Below, in pieces: positions 11,666 to 22,502 of a stretch of 64,000 nt of DNA; the first letter of the stretch is position 1; each line of letters opens with the position of its first letter. The DNA is taken from positions 495,134-559,133 of the forward strand of contig CBDAPU010000001.1 of NCBI GenBank assembly GCA_965198875.1, in the 5' to 3' direction. Origin of the DNA: Gammaproteobacteria bacterium. Lineage in GTDB: Bacteria > Pseudomonadota > Gammaproteobacteria > Eutrophobiales > Eutrophobiaceae. The position numbers and the translations under genes are program-made. The notes beneath the pieces are model-generated. The model made no database searches. It was not told the origin of the DNA and saw only the letters and a program-made list of their open reading frames with translations.

Positions 11666-14533
11666 TCATGCACTGTTTATTAAATGTGTCGTCACTTCCA
11701 ACTTCTCTAATTGCAGGGCGTCATCGACCAGTTGTTTTTGCTGGGCCAGGTGCAGACCCATAGAGCCTACCGCCGGTGATGCGGCATAAAAACGTCCGGC
11801 ATAACCGAATACATGTCGCTCGCCCAGGCACCCGATCATGGTTCCTCTGGACTGCATATAATACCAGCTACCCTGGTTTTTGGGCTCTTCCTGCACCCAG
11901 ACGATCTCTCTGGCGGCAGGATAAGAGGCGATGAGCTGTTTCATCTCGTTTTGAGGAAACGGGAATAACTGCTCGAGACGAATGACGGCGATGTTTTTGA
12001 TCGCATTGCTACGCCTTGCTTCCAGCAGATCGTAATAGACTTTGCCGGAGCAGATTAATAACCTCGTTACCGCTTCTTTATCGAGCGCATCGATCTCATC
12101 GATGATGAGTTCGAATTGGCCATCGGTGATTTTATCCAATGTGGATGTTGACAGCTTATGCCGTAGTAGGCTTTTCGGGCTCATGACAATCAGCGGCTTG
12201 CGATAGGGCCTGATCACCTGGCGTCTTAACAGATGAAACATCTGTGCCGGTGTGCTGGGCACGCAGACCTGCATGTTTTCTCGGGCGCATAATTGCAGAT
12301 AACGCTCCAGCCTGGCCGATGAATGCTCCGGCCCCTGACCATCGTAACCATGGGGCAAAAACACCGTCAACCCGCAAAACCGCCCCCACTTCGCCTCACA
12401 TGAGCTGATGAATTGATCAAACACCACCTGGGCGCCATTGGCGAAATCACCAAACTGCGCCTCCCACAACACCAGGGCATTCGGCTCGGCGCTACTGTAG
12501 CCGTAATCAAAGGCGAGGACGGCTTCCTCAGAGAGCGTTGAGTTGATGACCAGAAAAGAAGGCTGATCCGCTTTGATATGTTGCAATGGTAAATATGTCT
12601 CGCCGTTATCCTGGTTGTGAATGACGGCGTGTCGATGGAAAAACGTGCCGCGCCCACTGTCCTGACCGGAGATACGCACGGGGAAGCCCTCGTTCAGCAA
12701 GGCGGCATAGGCGAGGTTTTCCGCAAAGCCCCAATCCACGGGGATCTCCCCGGCGCCCATTTTTTTGCGGTTTTCTACAATGCGATTTACCGTGGCATGT
12801 AATGTGAAGTGATGCGGGATGGTGGTGAGCTTTGCGGTGAGTTTGGCGACCCATTCACGGCTGATGGAAGTGGTCACATGCGTATCCCAGGCCGTTGCCT
12901 TGAAAGGCTCATAGTTAATTAAAAATTGCGTGTCGGCGTTGGTTGCCCGGGTGCCGGCCACCATTTTGTTGGCCTCCAGGGAGTCGATATAGCGCTTGGC
13001 GATACCATCGGCTTCATCTTCAGTGATAACTTTCTCTTCGATGAGATAGCTGGAGTAGATCTCCCTGACGTTTTTATGCGCTCTGATCTGTCTGTACATG
13101 ACAGGTTGTGTGGCGGCAGGTTCATCCGCTTCGCTGTGTCCGTGTCTTCGGTAGCAGACCATGTCGATCACCACGTCTTTCTTAAAGGCCATACGAAAAT
13201 CCAACGCCAGTTTGGCGATCAGGACAACCGCCTCGGGGTCGTCACCGTTGACGTGGAAGATGGGCGCCTGCACCATCTTCGCCACATCGGTACAGTAAAG
13301 GGTGGAACGTGAGTCCAGCGGATCACTGGTGGTGAAACCAATTTGATTGTTGATGATGATGTGCACCGTGCCGCCCGTGCTGTAACCCCGTGTCTGCGAG
13401 AGGTTGAATGTTTCCATCACCACGCCCTGCCCGGCAAACGCGGCATCGCCGTGTATGAGTATGGGCAAGACCTGATCGCGCGCTTTGTCATCCCTTCTAT
13501 CCTGTCGTGCGCGCACTGAACCCTCGACAACTGGATCGATGATTTCAAGATGCGATGGATTAAAGGCCAGGGTCAAATGCAAAACACCGCCGGGCGTTTG
13601 AATGTCTGAGGAATAGCCCATGTGATATTTGACGTCCCCCGAGCTCATGGAGTCGGCGCTGGTGGCGTCATGGTTTTTGCCTTCAAACTCCCCAAATAGC
13701 TCATCGGGCAATTTGCCGATGGTGTTGATGAGCACGTTGACCCTGCCGCGGTGGGCCATACCGATCACCGCTTCCCGTACACCCGCCGCCCCGCTGGACT
13801 GGATGACCTCATCGAGTAGCGGGATTAAGGACTCGCCCCCTTCCAGTGAAAAACGTTTCTGACCCACATATCGGGTGTGCAGGTATTCCTCCAGGGCGTT
13901 GGCCGCAATCACACGATCCAGGATGCGTTTCTTTTTTTCACTTGAGAACCGGGGTGTGCTTTTGCCCTCTTCCAAGCGTTGCTGGATCCAGCGCTTTTGC
14001 TCGGTTTCGTTGATGTGCATGTATTCCGCACCGATGGTACGGCAATACGTGGTCTTGATGAGATCGGTGATCTCGGACAACGCTAACTCATCAGGCGCAA
14101 ACAGCGAGCCGGTATTAAAAGAACGACCCATGTCCTGCTCCGTGAAGTGGTAATAGTCCGGATCCAGCTCCGGGATCGCCGGCCTTTCATATTGCTTTAA
14201 CGGATCCAGCTTTGCCTGCCCGTGGCCACGAAAACGATGTGCATTGATGAACTGCAATACCGAGGCCTGTTTTTTATTATCAGCGCTGCCCGTATCGGTG
14301 GGTGCGGCTCCGGGAAATGAGCGCTTATTATTTTTTACCGCCTGCAAAAACGCATCTTGAATGGGGCCATGAGCTATATCTTTATCCGCCCCCGGCATTT
14401 CTTTATTAAGGGAGTCGAAATACTCTCGCCATTTTCTATCTACCTTCTCGGGATGGCCAAGATAGTCTTCGTATAAATCTTCAATAAACGCCACATTGCC
14501 ACTGTAGATAGGGGAGTGCCCGGGATTGCTCAT
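11666..14533 (-). CDS. sucA: 2-oxoglutarate dehydrogenase E1 component
   Basis: 955 aa with typical SucA sequence throughout (e.g. HGDAAFAGQGVV, GYDGQGPEHSSARLERYLQL). Confidence 0.95.
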   Translation of the reverse strand: MSNPGHSPIYSGNVAFIEDLYEDYLGHPEKVDRKWREYFDSLNKEMPGADKDIAHGPIQDAFLQAVKNNKRSFPGAAPTDTGSADNKKQASVLQFINAHRFRGHGQAKLDPLKQYERPAIPELDPDYYHFTEQDMGRSFNTGSLFAPDELALSEITDLIKTTYCRTIGAEYMHINETEQKRWIQQRLEEGKSTPRFSSEKKKRILDRVIAANALEEYLHTRYVGQKRFSLEGGESLIPLLDEVIQSSGAAGVREAVIGMAHRGRVNVLINTIGKLPDELFGEFEGKNHDATSADSMSSGDVKYHMGYSSDIQTPGGVLHLTLAFNPSHLEIIDPVVEGSVRARQDRRDDKARDQVLPILIHGDAAFAGQGVVMETFNLSQTRGYSTGGTVHIIINNQIGFTTSDPLDSRSTLYCTDVAKMVQAPIFHVNGDDPEAVVLIAKLALDFRMAFKKDVVIDMVCYRRHGHSEADEPAATQPVMYRQIRAHKNVREIYSSYLIEEKVITEDEADGIAKRYIDSLEANKMVAGTRATNADTQFLINYEPFKATAWDTHVTTSISREWVAKLTAKLTTIPHHFTLHATVNRIVENRKKMGAGEIPVDWGFAENLAYAALLNEGFPVRISGQDSGRGTFFHRHAVIHNQDNGETYLPLQHIKADQPSFLVINSTLSEEAVLAFDYGYSSAEPNALVLWEAQFGDFANGAQVVFDQFISSCEAKWGRFCGLTVFLPHGYDGQGPEHSSARLERYLQLCARENMQVCVPSTPAQMFHLLRRQVIRPYRKPLIVMSPKSLLRHKLSTSTLDKITDGQFELIIDEIDALDKEAVTRLLICSGKVYYDLLEARRSNAIKNIAVIRLEQLFPFPQNEMKQLIASYPAAREIVWVQEEPKNQGSWYYMQSRGTMIGCLGERHVFGYAGRFYAASPAVGSMGLHLAQQKQLVDDALQLEKLEVTTHLINSA

Positions 14534-14928
14534 TGCTCTGCCTGGCTCCTGTGAGGTCTGACCGTCATGTTCTTAAAGTTTAAGCGAAATCACTGTTTTC
14601 AATGTAATAGCACAGATCCACATCCGAACTCTTCAAATGCAGTATATGAAGTTTGCGCCACATCTCCCCTGTAAACAAGCGCATACTCGGAAGCAAGCGC
14701 AACAAACAGGCTCTCTCTCACTGCTAATGACTACACGGTCATTGAAGAAGGGGGTGCGCCCGCCCCTTCGACTATAAGCTATTTTGGAGAGGTTGACATG
14801 TCTATTTCAGGGGGTTTTTCCGGATAGGGGCTTGCGGGCTGTTCCCGCTGACCTGTATGCTAGAAAAACGGCGTCTTTTTAAGATGCAGATCACCTCAAA
14901 CATAAACCCCGTACAGGGAGATGGGTTC

Positions 14929-16221
14929 ATGACACGCACAGTGACGATTACTGATAATGAAACGGGCAAGCAGATTGAATGTTCGGTTATTGAAGGCACC
15001 TATGGCGCCCCGGTGATCAACACCAGCGCCCTCTATAATGAGCTCGGCATGTTCACCTTTGATCCGGGTTATGCGACAACCGCCAGTTGCCGTAGCGCCA
15101 TCACCTATCTCGATGGTGAGCAGGGAGTCTTGCTCTATCGGGGTTATCCCATAGAGCAGTTAGCCGAGGGAAGCACCTTCCTTGAGGTGGTGTATTTGTT
15201 AATCCATGGGGAATTGCCGGATCAGCAACAAATGCACGACTGGGACCATGCGATCAAGATGCACACCATGACCCACGAGCACCTCACCCGTTTCTACAAT
15301 GGTTATCGATATGACGCCCACCCCATGTCCATCATGGCCGGCGTCACCAGCGCGATTGCCTCATATTATCATGACGCCACCGACATCCGTGACCCGGAAA
15401 GCCGCCTGTTAACCGCCAAACGGGTGATCGGCAAGATCCCCAATGTGGCCTCCAAGTGTTATCGCTATGCCTCTGGCCTGCCCTTTGTATATCCTGATAA
15501 CTCATTGAGTTATATAGAGAATTTTATGAACATGACGTTTTCCTGGCCATCGGAGCACTTCCAGCCGTCCGCAGTCGCTATTCGCGCCCTGGATCTGTTG
15601 TTTATCCTGCATGCCGATCATGAGCAAAACGCCAGCACATCGACAGTGCGCCTGGCGGGCAGTGCGGAGTCCAATCCCTATGCCTGTGTTGCCGCCGGGA
15701 TCACCACCCTGTGGGGGAAGTCCCACGGCGGCGCCAATGAGGCGGTCATCGAGATGCTTGAGGAGATCGAACATCCTCAAAATATTAAAAAATTCGTCGA
15801 ACGTGCGAAAGATAAAGCCGATCCGTTCCGTTTAATGGGTTTTGGGCATCGGGTATACAAGAACTATGATCCCAGGGCGAAAATTATTCGCAAGGCCTGT
15901 CATGATTTATTGCAGGAGATGAACTTAAATCAACCGCTATTTGAGATCGCCATGGAGCTGGAGCGCATTGCCCTGGAAGATGACTATTTTATCGAGCGCA
16001 AGCTCTATCCCAATGTGGATTTCTACTCCGGCCTCATCTATCAAGCCTTGCGGATACCAACGTCCATGTTCACGGTGATGTTTGCCCTGGCGAGGAGTGC
16101 GGGCTGGATAGCACAATGGATGGAGTTAATGGAGGATGAAGACTTTCGTATCGGCAGACCGAGACAGTTATACATCGGCCCCAGGTCCCGTGAGTATATT
16201 CCCGTGGCAGAGAGGAAATAG
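14929..16221 (+). CDS. gltA: citrate synthase (type II)
   Basis: [14 protein letters not shown] signature. I chose ATG 14929 ([14 protein letters not shown]...) because GGGAG lies ~8 nt upstream; the tracked ORF begins at 14857. Confidence 0.93.
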   Translation: MTRTVTITDNETGKQIECSVIEGTYGAPVINTSALYNELGMFTFDPGYATTASCRSAITYLDGEQGVLLYRGYPIEQLAEGSTFLEVVYLLIHGELPDQQQMHDWDHAIKMHTMTHEHLTRFYNGYRYDAHPMSIMAGVTSAIASYYHDATDIRDPESRLLTAKRVIGKIPNVASKCYRYASGLPFVYPDNSLSYIENFMNMTFSWPSEHFQPSAVAIRALDLLFILHADHEQNASTSTVRLAGSAESNPYACVAAGITTLWGKSHGGANEAVIEMLEEIEHPQNIKKFVERAKDKADPFRLMGFGHRVYKNYDPRAKIIRKACHDLLQEMNLNQPLFEIAMELERIALEDDYFIERKLYPNVDFYSGLIYQALRIPTSMFTVMFALARSAGWIAQWMELMEDEDFRIGRPRQLYIGPRSREYIPVAERK

Positions 16222-16285
16222 GTCTCGGTATACATCTTCCATCATACACCAGCATATTGACTATCAAACCAGGAGAAGATCAACA

Positions 16286-17263
16286 ATGAAACCACCTGTG
16301 CGTGTCGCTATCACTGGCGCTGCCGGTCAAATCGGCTATGCGTTGTTATTCAGAATTGCCGCCGGTGAGTTTTTGGGGAAAGCGCAACCGGTGATTTTGC
16401 AGCTACTGGAGGTAACCCCGGCCCTATCGGCGCTGGAGGGCGTGGTGATGGAATTAAACGACTGTGCCTTTCCAACATTGGCCGGGATCCTCACCAGTGA
16501 TGATCCCAATGTGGCGTTCAAGGATGCGGATTATGTTTTTCTCATCGGCGCGAGGCCACGCGGCCCGGGCATGGAAAGGGCGGATCTGTTGTTGGCCAAT
16601 GCCAATATCTTCAATGTGCAGGGCAAGGCGCTGAATGATCAGGCAAGCCGTGATGTGAGGTGTATCGTCATCGGCAATCCGGCCAACACCAATGCACTGA
16701 TCACCATGAAGAACGCCCCGGATCTCAATGCCAATCAGATCACCGCCATGACCCGTCTGGATCATAACCGCGCGCTCGCCAAACTCGCAGAGAAGACCGG
16801 CACGTCGATTAACGATATTCAGAAGATGATCATCTGGGGCAATCATTCAACCACACAGTATCCGGATCTGCATCATGCCTTGATTAACGGCAGTTCGGCA
16901 ATAGCGATGATCGAGCAGGGCTGGTATGAACATGAATATATACCTGGCGTGGCCAAACGCGGCGCTGACGTCATCCAGGCCCGTGGCGCCTCCAGCGCTG
17001 CATCGGCGGCCAGTGCGGCCATGGATCATATGCGGGACTGGGCGCTGGGCACGGCCGATGGTGACTGGACGAGCATGGCGATACTGAGTGATGGCGCCTA
17101 CGGGGTCGCCGAGGGGATCGTCTATTCCTTTCCCGTTACCTGTGATCAGGGTGAGTATGAGGTTGTAGGTGGTCTGGATATTAATCCATTCAGCCGAACG
17201 AAAATGATGGCGACGCAAAAAGAATTGGAAGCCGAGAGAGACGCTATTAAGCATCTATTTTAA
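16286..17263 (+). CDS. mdh: malate dehydrogenase
   Basis: [28 protein letters not shown]-binding N-terminus, with AGGAGA 10 nt upstream of ATG 16286. The tracked ORF starts earlier, inside gltA. Confidence 0.93.
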   Translation: MKPPVRVAITGAAGQIGYALLFRIAAGEFLGKAQPVILQLLEVTPALSALEGVVMELNDCAFPTLAGILTSDDPNVAFKDADYVFLIGARPRGPGMERADLLLANANIFNVQGKALNDQASRDVRCIVIGNPANTNALITMKNAPDLNANQITAMTRLDHNRALAKLAEKTGTSINDIQKMIIWGNHSTTQYPDLHHALINGSSAIAMIEQGWYEHEYIPGVAKRGADVIQARGASSAASAASAAMDHMRDWALGTADGDWTSMAILSDGAYGVAEGIVYSFPVTCDQGEYEVVGGLDINPFSRTKMMATQKELEAERDAIKHLF

Positions 17264-17284
17264 TATCACATAAAGTTAAAACCG

Positions 17285-17812
17285 GTGCCCGGCTCAGACT
17301 CACAAATTGATGTGCATGGATTTCGCGCTAATGTCGCCATTGTCCTGTTTAATGAAGAAGGGCGATTGTTCTGGGCCAAACGCACGGGGGCAAAGGCCTG
17401 GCAGTTTCCTCAAGGCGGCATAAGAGCGGATGAGTCCACAGAGGCCGCCATGTTCAGGGAATTACACGAAGAGGTGGGGTTGTTGCCTGAACACGTTAGA
17501 CTTGTTGGCGCAACCCAGGGCTGGCTTCGTTATCGACTGCCGAGGAGATACATCAGACGAGATGTGAAACCACTCTGCATCGGCCAGAAACAACGCTGGT
17601 TTTTACTGAAACTCATGGGTGATGAGCGCAATGTTGATCTGTCAGTAAGCAGGCGACCCGAGTTCGATCATTGGCGCTGGATAGATTTTTGGGAGCCGGT
17701 AGAGAGTATTGTCTCTTTTAAGCGGCCTGTCTACAGGCGCGCATTGGCTGAGCTCGAACCCCTCATTCAAGCATCAAACCCTTCGGTCATGCAGACTTCT
17801 CGCACAGCGTAG
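17285..17812 (+). CDS. rppH: RNA pyrophosphohydrolase (Nudix)
   Basis: Nudix box [44 protein letters not shown]...WQFPQGG is colinear with E. coli RppH. Confidence 0.85.
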   Translation: MPGSDSQIDVHGFRANVAIVLFNEEGRLFWAKRTGAKAWQFPQGGIRADESTEAAMFRELHEEVGLLPEHVRLVGATQGWLRYRLPRRYIRRDVKPLCIGQKQRWFLLKLMGDERNVDLSVSRRPEFDHWRWIDFWEPVESIVSFKRPVYRRALAELEPLIQASNPSVMQTSRTA

Positions 17813-17954
17813 TCCGTGTGGCCTTGCGCTGTACGGGCATGAAGATGATCTCCTCGCCAGGGTCGCAAGCGTTCACCTCGTCCGTGATCATGGCGATCTC
17901 AGGGCATCTCCCAGCCTTGCCTGCGCCTTCGTTGGCGCCTCGTTGATGTTTCGG

Positions 17955-18431
17955 CTAATGGGTCTGATTTGATCTTTCCATCATCAACAGTGGCAACAGG
18001 CGACGGATAGCGCGGTTTTTTACCTGCTCGATTGTGCCGTTATAGAAGTCGGGATGAATACCCTGATCATCCAGGGCGGCCTTTAGTTTATCCAGCACCG
18101 GGCGGCATGTGTTGACCGCCTGTGCGGCTATGTTACGGATGTCAGCATGTGAGTCTAACCCCGAAAGCGCCGCTTTTTGTATACATTCGCTAAAGGATAG
18201 ATTGGTTTTAACGACCCATGCGATGGCGTCGGCGTCCAGCGCGTTTTTTAATGTTGTCTCTGCATGTGAGACGGTGCTGACGGGCAGCAAAGACAGGCTC
18301 GCAAACAACACGGAGGAGTAAAAAATAACCATCTTTTTTGCTGCCTGAGCGTCAGTTATGTGATCTTTTTCTGTGCGCCTGTTGGACTTGTCAAATAGGC
18401 GTAACGTCATTTTTATTATCGCCTCATTCAT
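17955..18431 (-). CDS. hypothetical exported or membrane-anchored protein
   Basis: ORF 17955..18533. ATG 18431 (MNEAIIK...) has GGGGAG 8 nt upstream. An internal hydrophobic signal-like segment MVIFYSSVLFASLSLLPVSTVSHA is present. No family recognised; start uncertain. Confidence 0.4.
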   Translation of the reverse strand: MNEAIIKMTLRLFDKSNRRTEKDHITDAQAAKKMVIFYSSVLFASLSLLPVSTVSHAETTLKNALDADAIAWVVKTNLSFSECIQKAALSGLDSHADIRNIAAQAVNTCRPVLDKLKAALDDQGIHPDFYNGTIEQVKNRAIRRLLPLLMMERSNQTH

Positions 18432-18563
18432 AAACGGATCTCCCCGTAAACACAGATTGTCACAGGTAAAATGATATAAAACAATGCCCCGGCCAAGCAC
18501 ACCTGATTTCCCCCGGGGCATGAGTGAGTTCACGTTCTCATCCCGCTATTATAAACTGACGGT

Positions 18564-19094
18564 ATGTATAATGGCGTCATCGTACTGTTTCGGGCGTTTT
18601 TCGATATTTGTCTTTTGAAGCGCCGCCCACAGGATATTCCCGCTTCTCAGGCATTGCTCCTGATCGTTGTTACGAGTTATCTTCTCATCACGTTTTTATT
18701 AGCCGGACTGGATAAAACCAGTCCCAATACCATTGTGGTGGGGATCATGGATACGGCCTCGTTGCTGGTATTTGTGTTCCTGCTTTTATTGTTGCACCGT
18801 AAGCTCAACCGCTGGCTGCAAACAACAACGGCGTTGGCGGGAACGGGAATGATATTCAGCATTTTCGTTTTGCCGTTCATGCTGGACAGGCCGGGGCCGG
18901 AGCTCCTCAGCGATACCGTACCGGTTTCTTACTTTGCACAACTGCTTATCGTTATGTGGTATATCCTCGTGATGGCGCATATTTTCAGGCATGCGATTTC
19001 CACTTCCCTCTTTTCAGGGATCTGTATTTCGATCGGCTATGTTTTATTATTAAGACTGCTCATCGAATTGAGTGTTGCGGGGCTCATAACATGA
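18564..19094 (+). CDS. hypothetical polytopic inner-membrane protein
   Basis: 176 aa with ~5 hydrophobic helices. Its stop overlaps the mpl start (ATGA at 19091..19094). Confidence 0.5.
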   Translation: MYNGVIVLFRAFFDICLLKRRPQDIPASQALLLIVVTSYLLITFLLAGLDKTSPNTIVVGIMDTASLLVFVFLLLLLHRKLNRWLQTTTALAGTGMIFSIFVLPFMLDRPGPELLSDTVPVSYFAQLLIVMWYILVMAHIFRHAISTSLFSGICISIGYVLLLRLLIELSVAGLIT

Positions 19095-20446
19095 GATTAC
19101 ACCTGTTAGGAATAGGCGGCGCCTTCATGGGCGGGCTTGCCCGCCTGGCCAAACAACTGGGGCATGACGTCTCCGGCAGTGATGAGCGTATTTATCCGCC
19201 CATGAGCGATGAGCTGGCCGGCTTAAATATAACCGCTCATGACGGTTATGCGCCGGGCAACTTAACGCCACAACCCGATCACATCGTTATCGGCAATGCG
19301 CTCTCCCGGGGCAATGCCTGTGTTGAGCATATCTTATCCAGGCGCCTGCCCTATATTTCCGGCCCCCAATGGCTGGCTGAGAACGTCCTCGATCAAAAAC
19401 AGGTGCTGGCGGTTTCAGGCACCCATGGGAAGACAACCACAGCGAGCATGCTCGCCTGGATCCTGCAATCGGCACACCGGGAGCCCGGCTTTTTGATCGG
19501 CGGCGTAGCGGAGAACTTTAAGTTATCGGCGGACATGGGCGACTCGGCGTTGTTCGTGGTGGAAGCGGATGAATACGATAGCGCTTTTTTTGATAAGCGC
19601 TCGAAGTTTATGCACTATCGCCCGAATATCTTGCTTATCAATAATATGGAATACGATCATGCGGATATATTCAATGATATCGCCGCCATACAACGGGCGT
19701 TTCATCACTTGCTGAGGATCATCCCGAATAACGGACGGGTTATCCTCAGGGACGCCAGCCCTTATATAGACGAGGTGCTGGACATGGGTTGCTGGACGCC
19801 GACCATACGCTTTGGTGAGAGGACATCGCCGTGGTATACCGAACCGCTCCATGATGATTATTCCGCCTTTCGGGTGATAAAAGACGCCAGGATAGCCGGG
19901 ACGGTAAGCTGGTCATTATTCGGCGAGCATAACGCTGATAACGCCCTGGCGGCTATCATTGCATCCAGTGAGGTTGGCGTGCCACCACGGCAGGCCTGTG
20001 AGTCGCTGACTGAGTTTAAGGGCGTGAGACGACGTCTGCAATTACTCGCCTCGGTGAATGGTGTTTGCGTCTATGATGATTTCGCCCATCACCCAACCGC
20101 CATCACAAAAACCCTGCAGGCATTGAGAAAGCGAATTGGCGAGCAGCGGATCATCGCCGTGCTGGAGCCTCGTTCAAACACGATGAGAGCCGGTGTGCAC
20201 AGGGAGGTATTGGCCGCATCGCTGGATGGCGCCGATCAGGTTTATATCTACAGCCCGCCGGGGCTTGGCTGGGATATAAAAGCATCGCTCAGGGAGTTGG
20301 GCGGCAAACTGCACCTGTGTGATAATACTCAGGCCATCGTCAATGAGCTGGGCAGGGATACATCGGCCGATGATCACATACTGATCATGAGCAATGGCGG
20401 TTTTGAGAACATACACCAACGTATCATCACGGCATTACAGCATTGA
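19091..20446 (+). CDS. mpl: UDP-N-acetylmuramate:L-alanyl-gamma-D-glutamyl-meso-diaminopimelate ligase
   Basis: MRLHLLGIGGAFMGGLA N-terminus and a GTHGKTTT P-loop, Mur-ligase family. The start is taken at internal ATG 19091 of ORF 18956..20446. Confidence 0.9.
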   Translation: MRLHLLGIGGAFMGGLARLAKQLGHDVSGSDERIYPPMSDELAGLNITAHDGYAPGNLTPQPDHIVIGNALSRGNACVEHILSRRLPYISGPQWLAENVLDQKQVLAVSGTHGKTTTASMLAWILQSAHREPGFLIGGVAENFKLSADMGDSALFVVEADEYDSAFFDKRSKFMHYRPNILLINNMEYDHADIFNDIAAIQRAFHHLLRIIPNNGRVILRDASPYIDEVLDMGCWTPTIRFGERTSPWYTEPLHDDYSAFRVIKDARIAGTVSWSLFGEHNADNALAAIIASSEVGVPPRQACESLTEFKGVRRRLQLLASVNGVCVYDDFAHHPTAITKTLQALRKRIGEQRIIAVLEPRSNTMRAGVHREVLAASLDGADQVYIYSPPGLGWDIKASLRELGGKLHLCDNTQAIVNELGRDTSADDHILIMSNGGFENIHQRIITALQH

Positions 20447-21039
20447 TGGAGAACATCCCCTTATTTCCACTGCACCGGGTGTTGTATCCTCACGGGATCT
20501 TGCCGTTGACAGTCTTCGAGCCCCGTTATGTGGATATGGTGAGCGAGTGTATGAAGACAAACTCAGGGTTTGGGGTGTGTCTTATTCAACGCGGCACAGA
20601 GGTCGGGCCGGCCGCTAGCTGTTTTCATATCGGCACCTATGCCCGGATCATCGATTTCTCACAACAGCAAAATGCCCTGCTCAGGATTGATGTGCAGGGA
20701 CAAAGCCGATTCAGGGTGCTCAGTACGGCAGTTCGGGATAATCATTTACTCACCGGGGATATCGACTGGATAGTGGATGAGAAGGGCCTGCCCTGCCCTG
20801 AAGAGTTCGCATCACTGCAGGCCATCTATTTGCATCTTATGAAGCGTTATGAGAGCTTGTACCCGGATGAGCCCCATGATGGGGTTGATAGCAGCATACT
20901 GGCCTATCGCCTTGCGGAGTTCCTCCCCCTGGATGAAAAAGTCAGGCAGGCGATCCTGGAAGAGGATAGCATAAGCCAGCGTCTGGAGCTCATCGCAGCG
21001 AGCTTGCCTGATCCGAGGGGGCGCCTTGATGCAGCATAA
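20446..21039 (+). CDS. LON N-terminal (substrate-binding) domain protein
   Basis: IPLFPLHRVLYPHGILPLTVFEPRYVDMV is the typical Lon-N/PUA-like opening. ~197 aa with no ATPase or protease domain. ATG 20446 overlaps the mpl stop. Confidence 0.75.
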   Translation: MENIPLFPLHRVLYPHGILPLTVFEPRYVDMVSECMKTNSGFGVCLIQRGTEVGPAASCFHIGTYARIIDFSQQQNALLRIDVQGQSRFRVLSTAVRDNHLLTGDIDWIVDEKGLPCPEEFASLQAIYLHLMKRYESLYPDEPHDGVDSSILAYRLAEFLPLDEKVRQAILEEDSISQRLELIAASLPDPRGRLDAA

Positions 21040-21685
21040 TACCCAGGAGAGCATGAGCGCCGATCTATTCAGATCATTCACACCGCTTGTTATTGGCGTA
21101 ACGCCCCTGTTGGCGGTGTGTACCACCTCAGTGAACGGCCTGCTGATGGGGGTCGCCTGTTTTCTTGTTTTGATCTTCACCGGGATCACCGTATCGGGCA
21201 TAAAATTATGCATCCCGCCCCGGTATAAGTTAATTTATTTGTTATTAGTGACCTCCACCTGGACCAGCGTTGTCGATGTACTTTTTCAGGCGTATGCCTA
21301 TCCGCTAAGAGATCAACTCGGCATATACATCTATATTCTGGCCATGAATACCTCGATCCTGTATTTTCTCGATGAGATAGCGCTCAGGCGAAGAGTAAAT
21401 GCGAGCGCTCTGTCGGCTGTGACGGTCGGTGTTCTCGCCATCTTTTTATGTGTTGGCGTCGGCCTGATCCGGGAGCTCCTCACCCACGGCGGGATCTTAA
21501 CGGATGTCCACGGTTTGCTTTCGATATACGCATTAGGCCCTGCTCGCCCGGTATACTTTTTCGATGCGGGTTTGAGTTTGTTCAAGACCCCCGCCGGCGC
21601 CTTTATCGTCTTTGGATTGTTGCTTGCGATACCGGGGTATTTTCAAATGAAACACGATAACCCGTCCGCTAATCAAGCCTCATAA
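21029..21685 (+). CDS. Rnf/Nqr-family membrane subunit, RnfE/RsxE-like (orphan, divergent)
   Basis: Colinear with E. coli RsxE by eye: TPLLAV..., [22 protein letters not shown] vs [45 protein letters not shown]. ~6 TM helices. Located directly upstream of nth, as rsxE is in E. coli. Confidence 0.6.
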   Translation: [218 protein letters not shown]

Positions 21686-21686
21686 T

Positions 21687-22331
21687 GTGAACAGTGATAA
21701 ACGCAGAGAACTATTCTCCATTCTAAAGAGACAAAACCCCAACCCCACAACCGAGCTTCAGTACCGAAGCCCGTTTGAGTTACTCATTTCGGTTATGCTC
21801 TCTGCACAGGCGACCGATGTTAGCGTCAACAGGGCAACCAGGGCATTGTTTAAGGTGGCCAACACCCCTCGGCAAATGATAAAGCTGGGCGAGCAGGGTC
21901 TAAGAGAATACATAAAATCCATTGGTCTTTTTAATACAAAGGCGAAAAACATCATTAAAACCTGCAAGATGCTGGTGGACGAACACGATGGCGTCGTACC
22001 CGATCAGCGTGAATTGCTGGAGAGGCTGGCGGGCGTGGGCAGAAAAACAGCGAACGTCATCTTAAATACGGCATTTGGGCAACCCACCATCGCCGTTGAT
22101 ACCCATATCTTTCGTGTTTGCAATCGCACCGGTATGGCGCCGGGAAAAGATGTGCTGGAAGTGGAAAAGAAGTTAGTAAAATGCGTCCCCGAGAAGTTCA
22201 AACAGGACGCACACCATTGGCTAATCCTGCATGGCCGCTATACCTGCATGGCGCGAAAACCAAAATGTGATGTTTGCCTTATCTACCGCCTGTGTGAATG
22301 GAAAGACAAGAAGCGCTATCACGAAGCATGA
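21687..22331 (+). CDS. nth: endonuclease III
   Basis: HhH motif LAGVGRKTANV and C-terminal 4Fe-4S ligands C-X6-C-X2-C-X5-C (CMARKPKCDVCLIYRLC). GTG start. Confidence 0.95.
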   Translation: MNSDKRRELFSILKRQNPNPTTELQYRSPFELLISVMLSAQATDVSVNRATRALFKVANTPRQMIKLGEQGLREYIKSIGLFNTKAKNIIKTCKMLVDEHDGVVPDQRELLERLAGVGRKTANVILNTAFGQPTIAVDTHIFRVCNRTGMAPGKDVLEVEKKLVKCVPEKFKQDAHHWLILHGRYTCMARKPKCDVCLIYRLCEWKDKKRYHEA

Positions 22332-22502
22332 AGGGTTAAAAACGCTCGACTAGTAACCTGCAGGCGTCATTTGAACAGGGACAAGGCCATTCTCTAACAG
22401 GGGAACTCGCCTTATTGTGGTGGATGTTGCTCGCCCGTTCACATGCTCCCTCTACATCAATAAAACAGGACAACGTCAATGTGTGAGAGAAGCGGCGTCT
22501 GT

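Noticed and set aside
16454-17254. Two minus-strand ORFs (130 and 135 aa)
   Set aside because: Both are antisense to mdh, which is unambiguous.
18956-19090. N-terminal extension of the mpl ORF
   Set aside because: It overlaps the upstream membrane-protein gene in another frame. Mpl homology starts at MRLHLLGIGG (19091).
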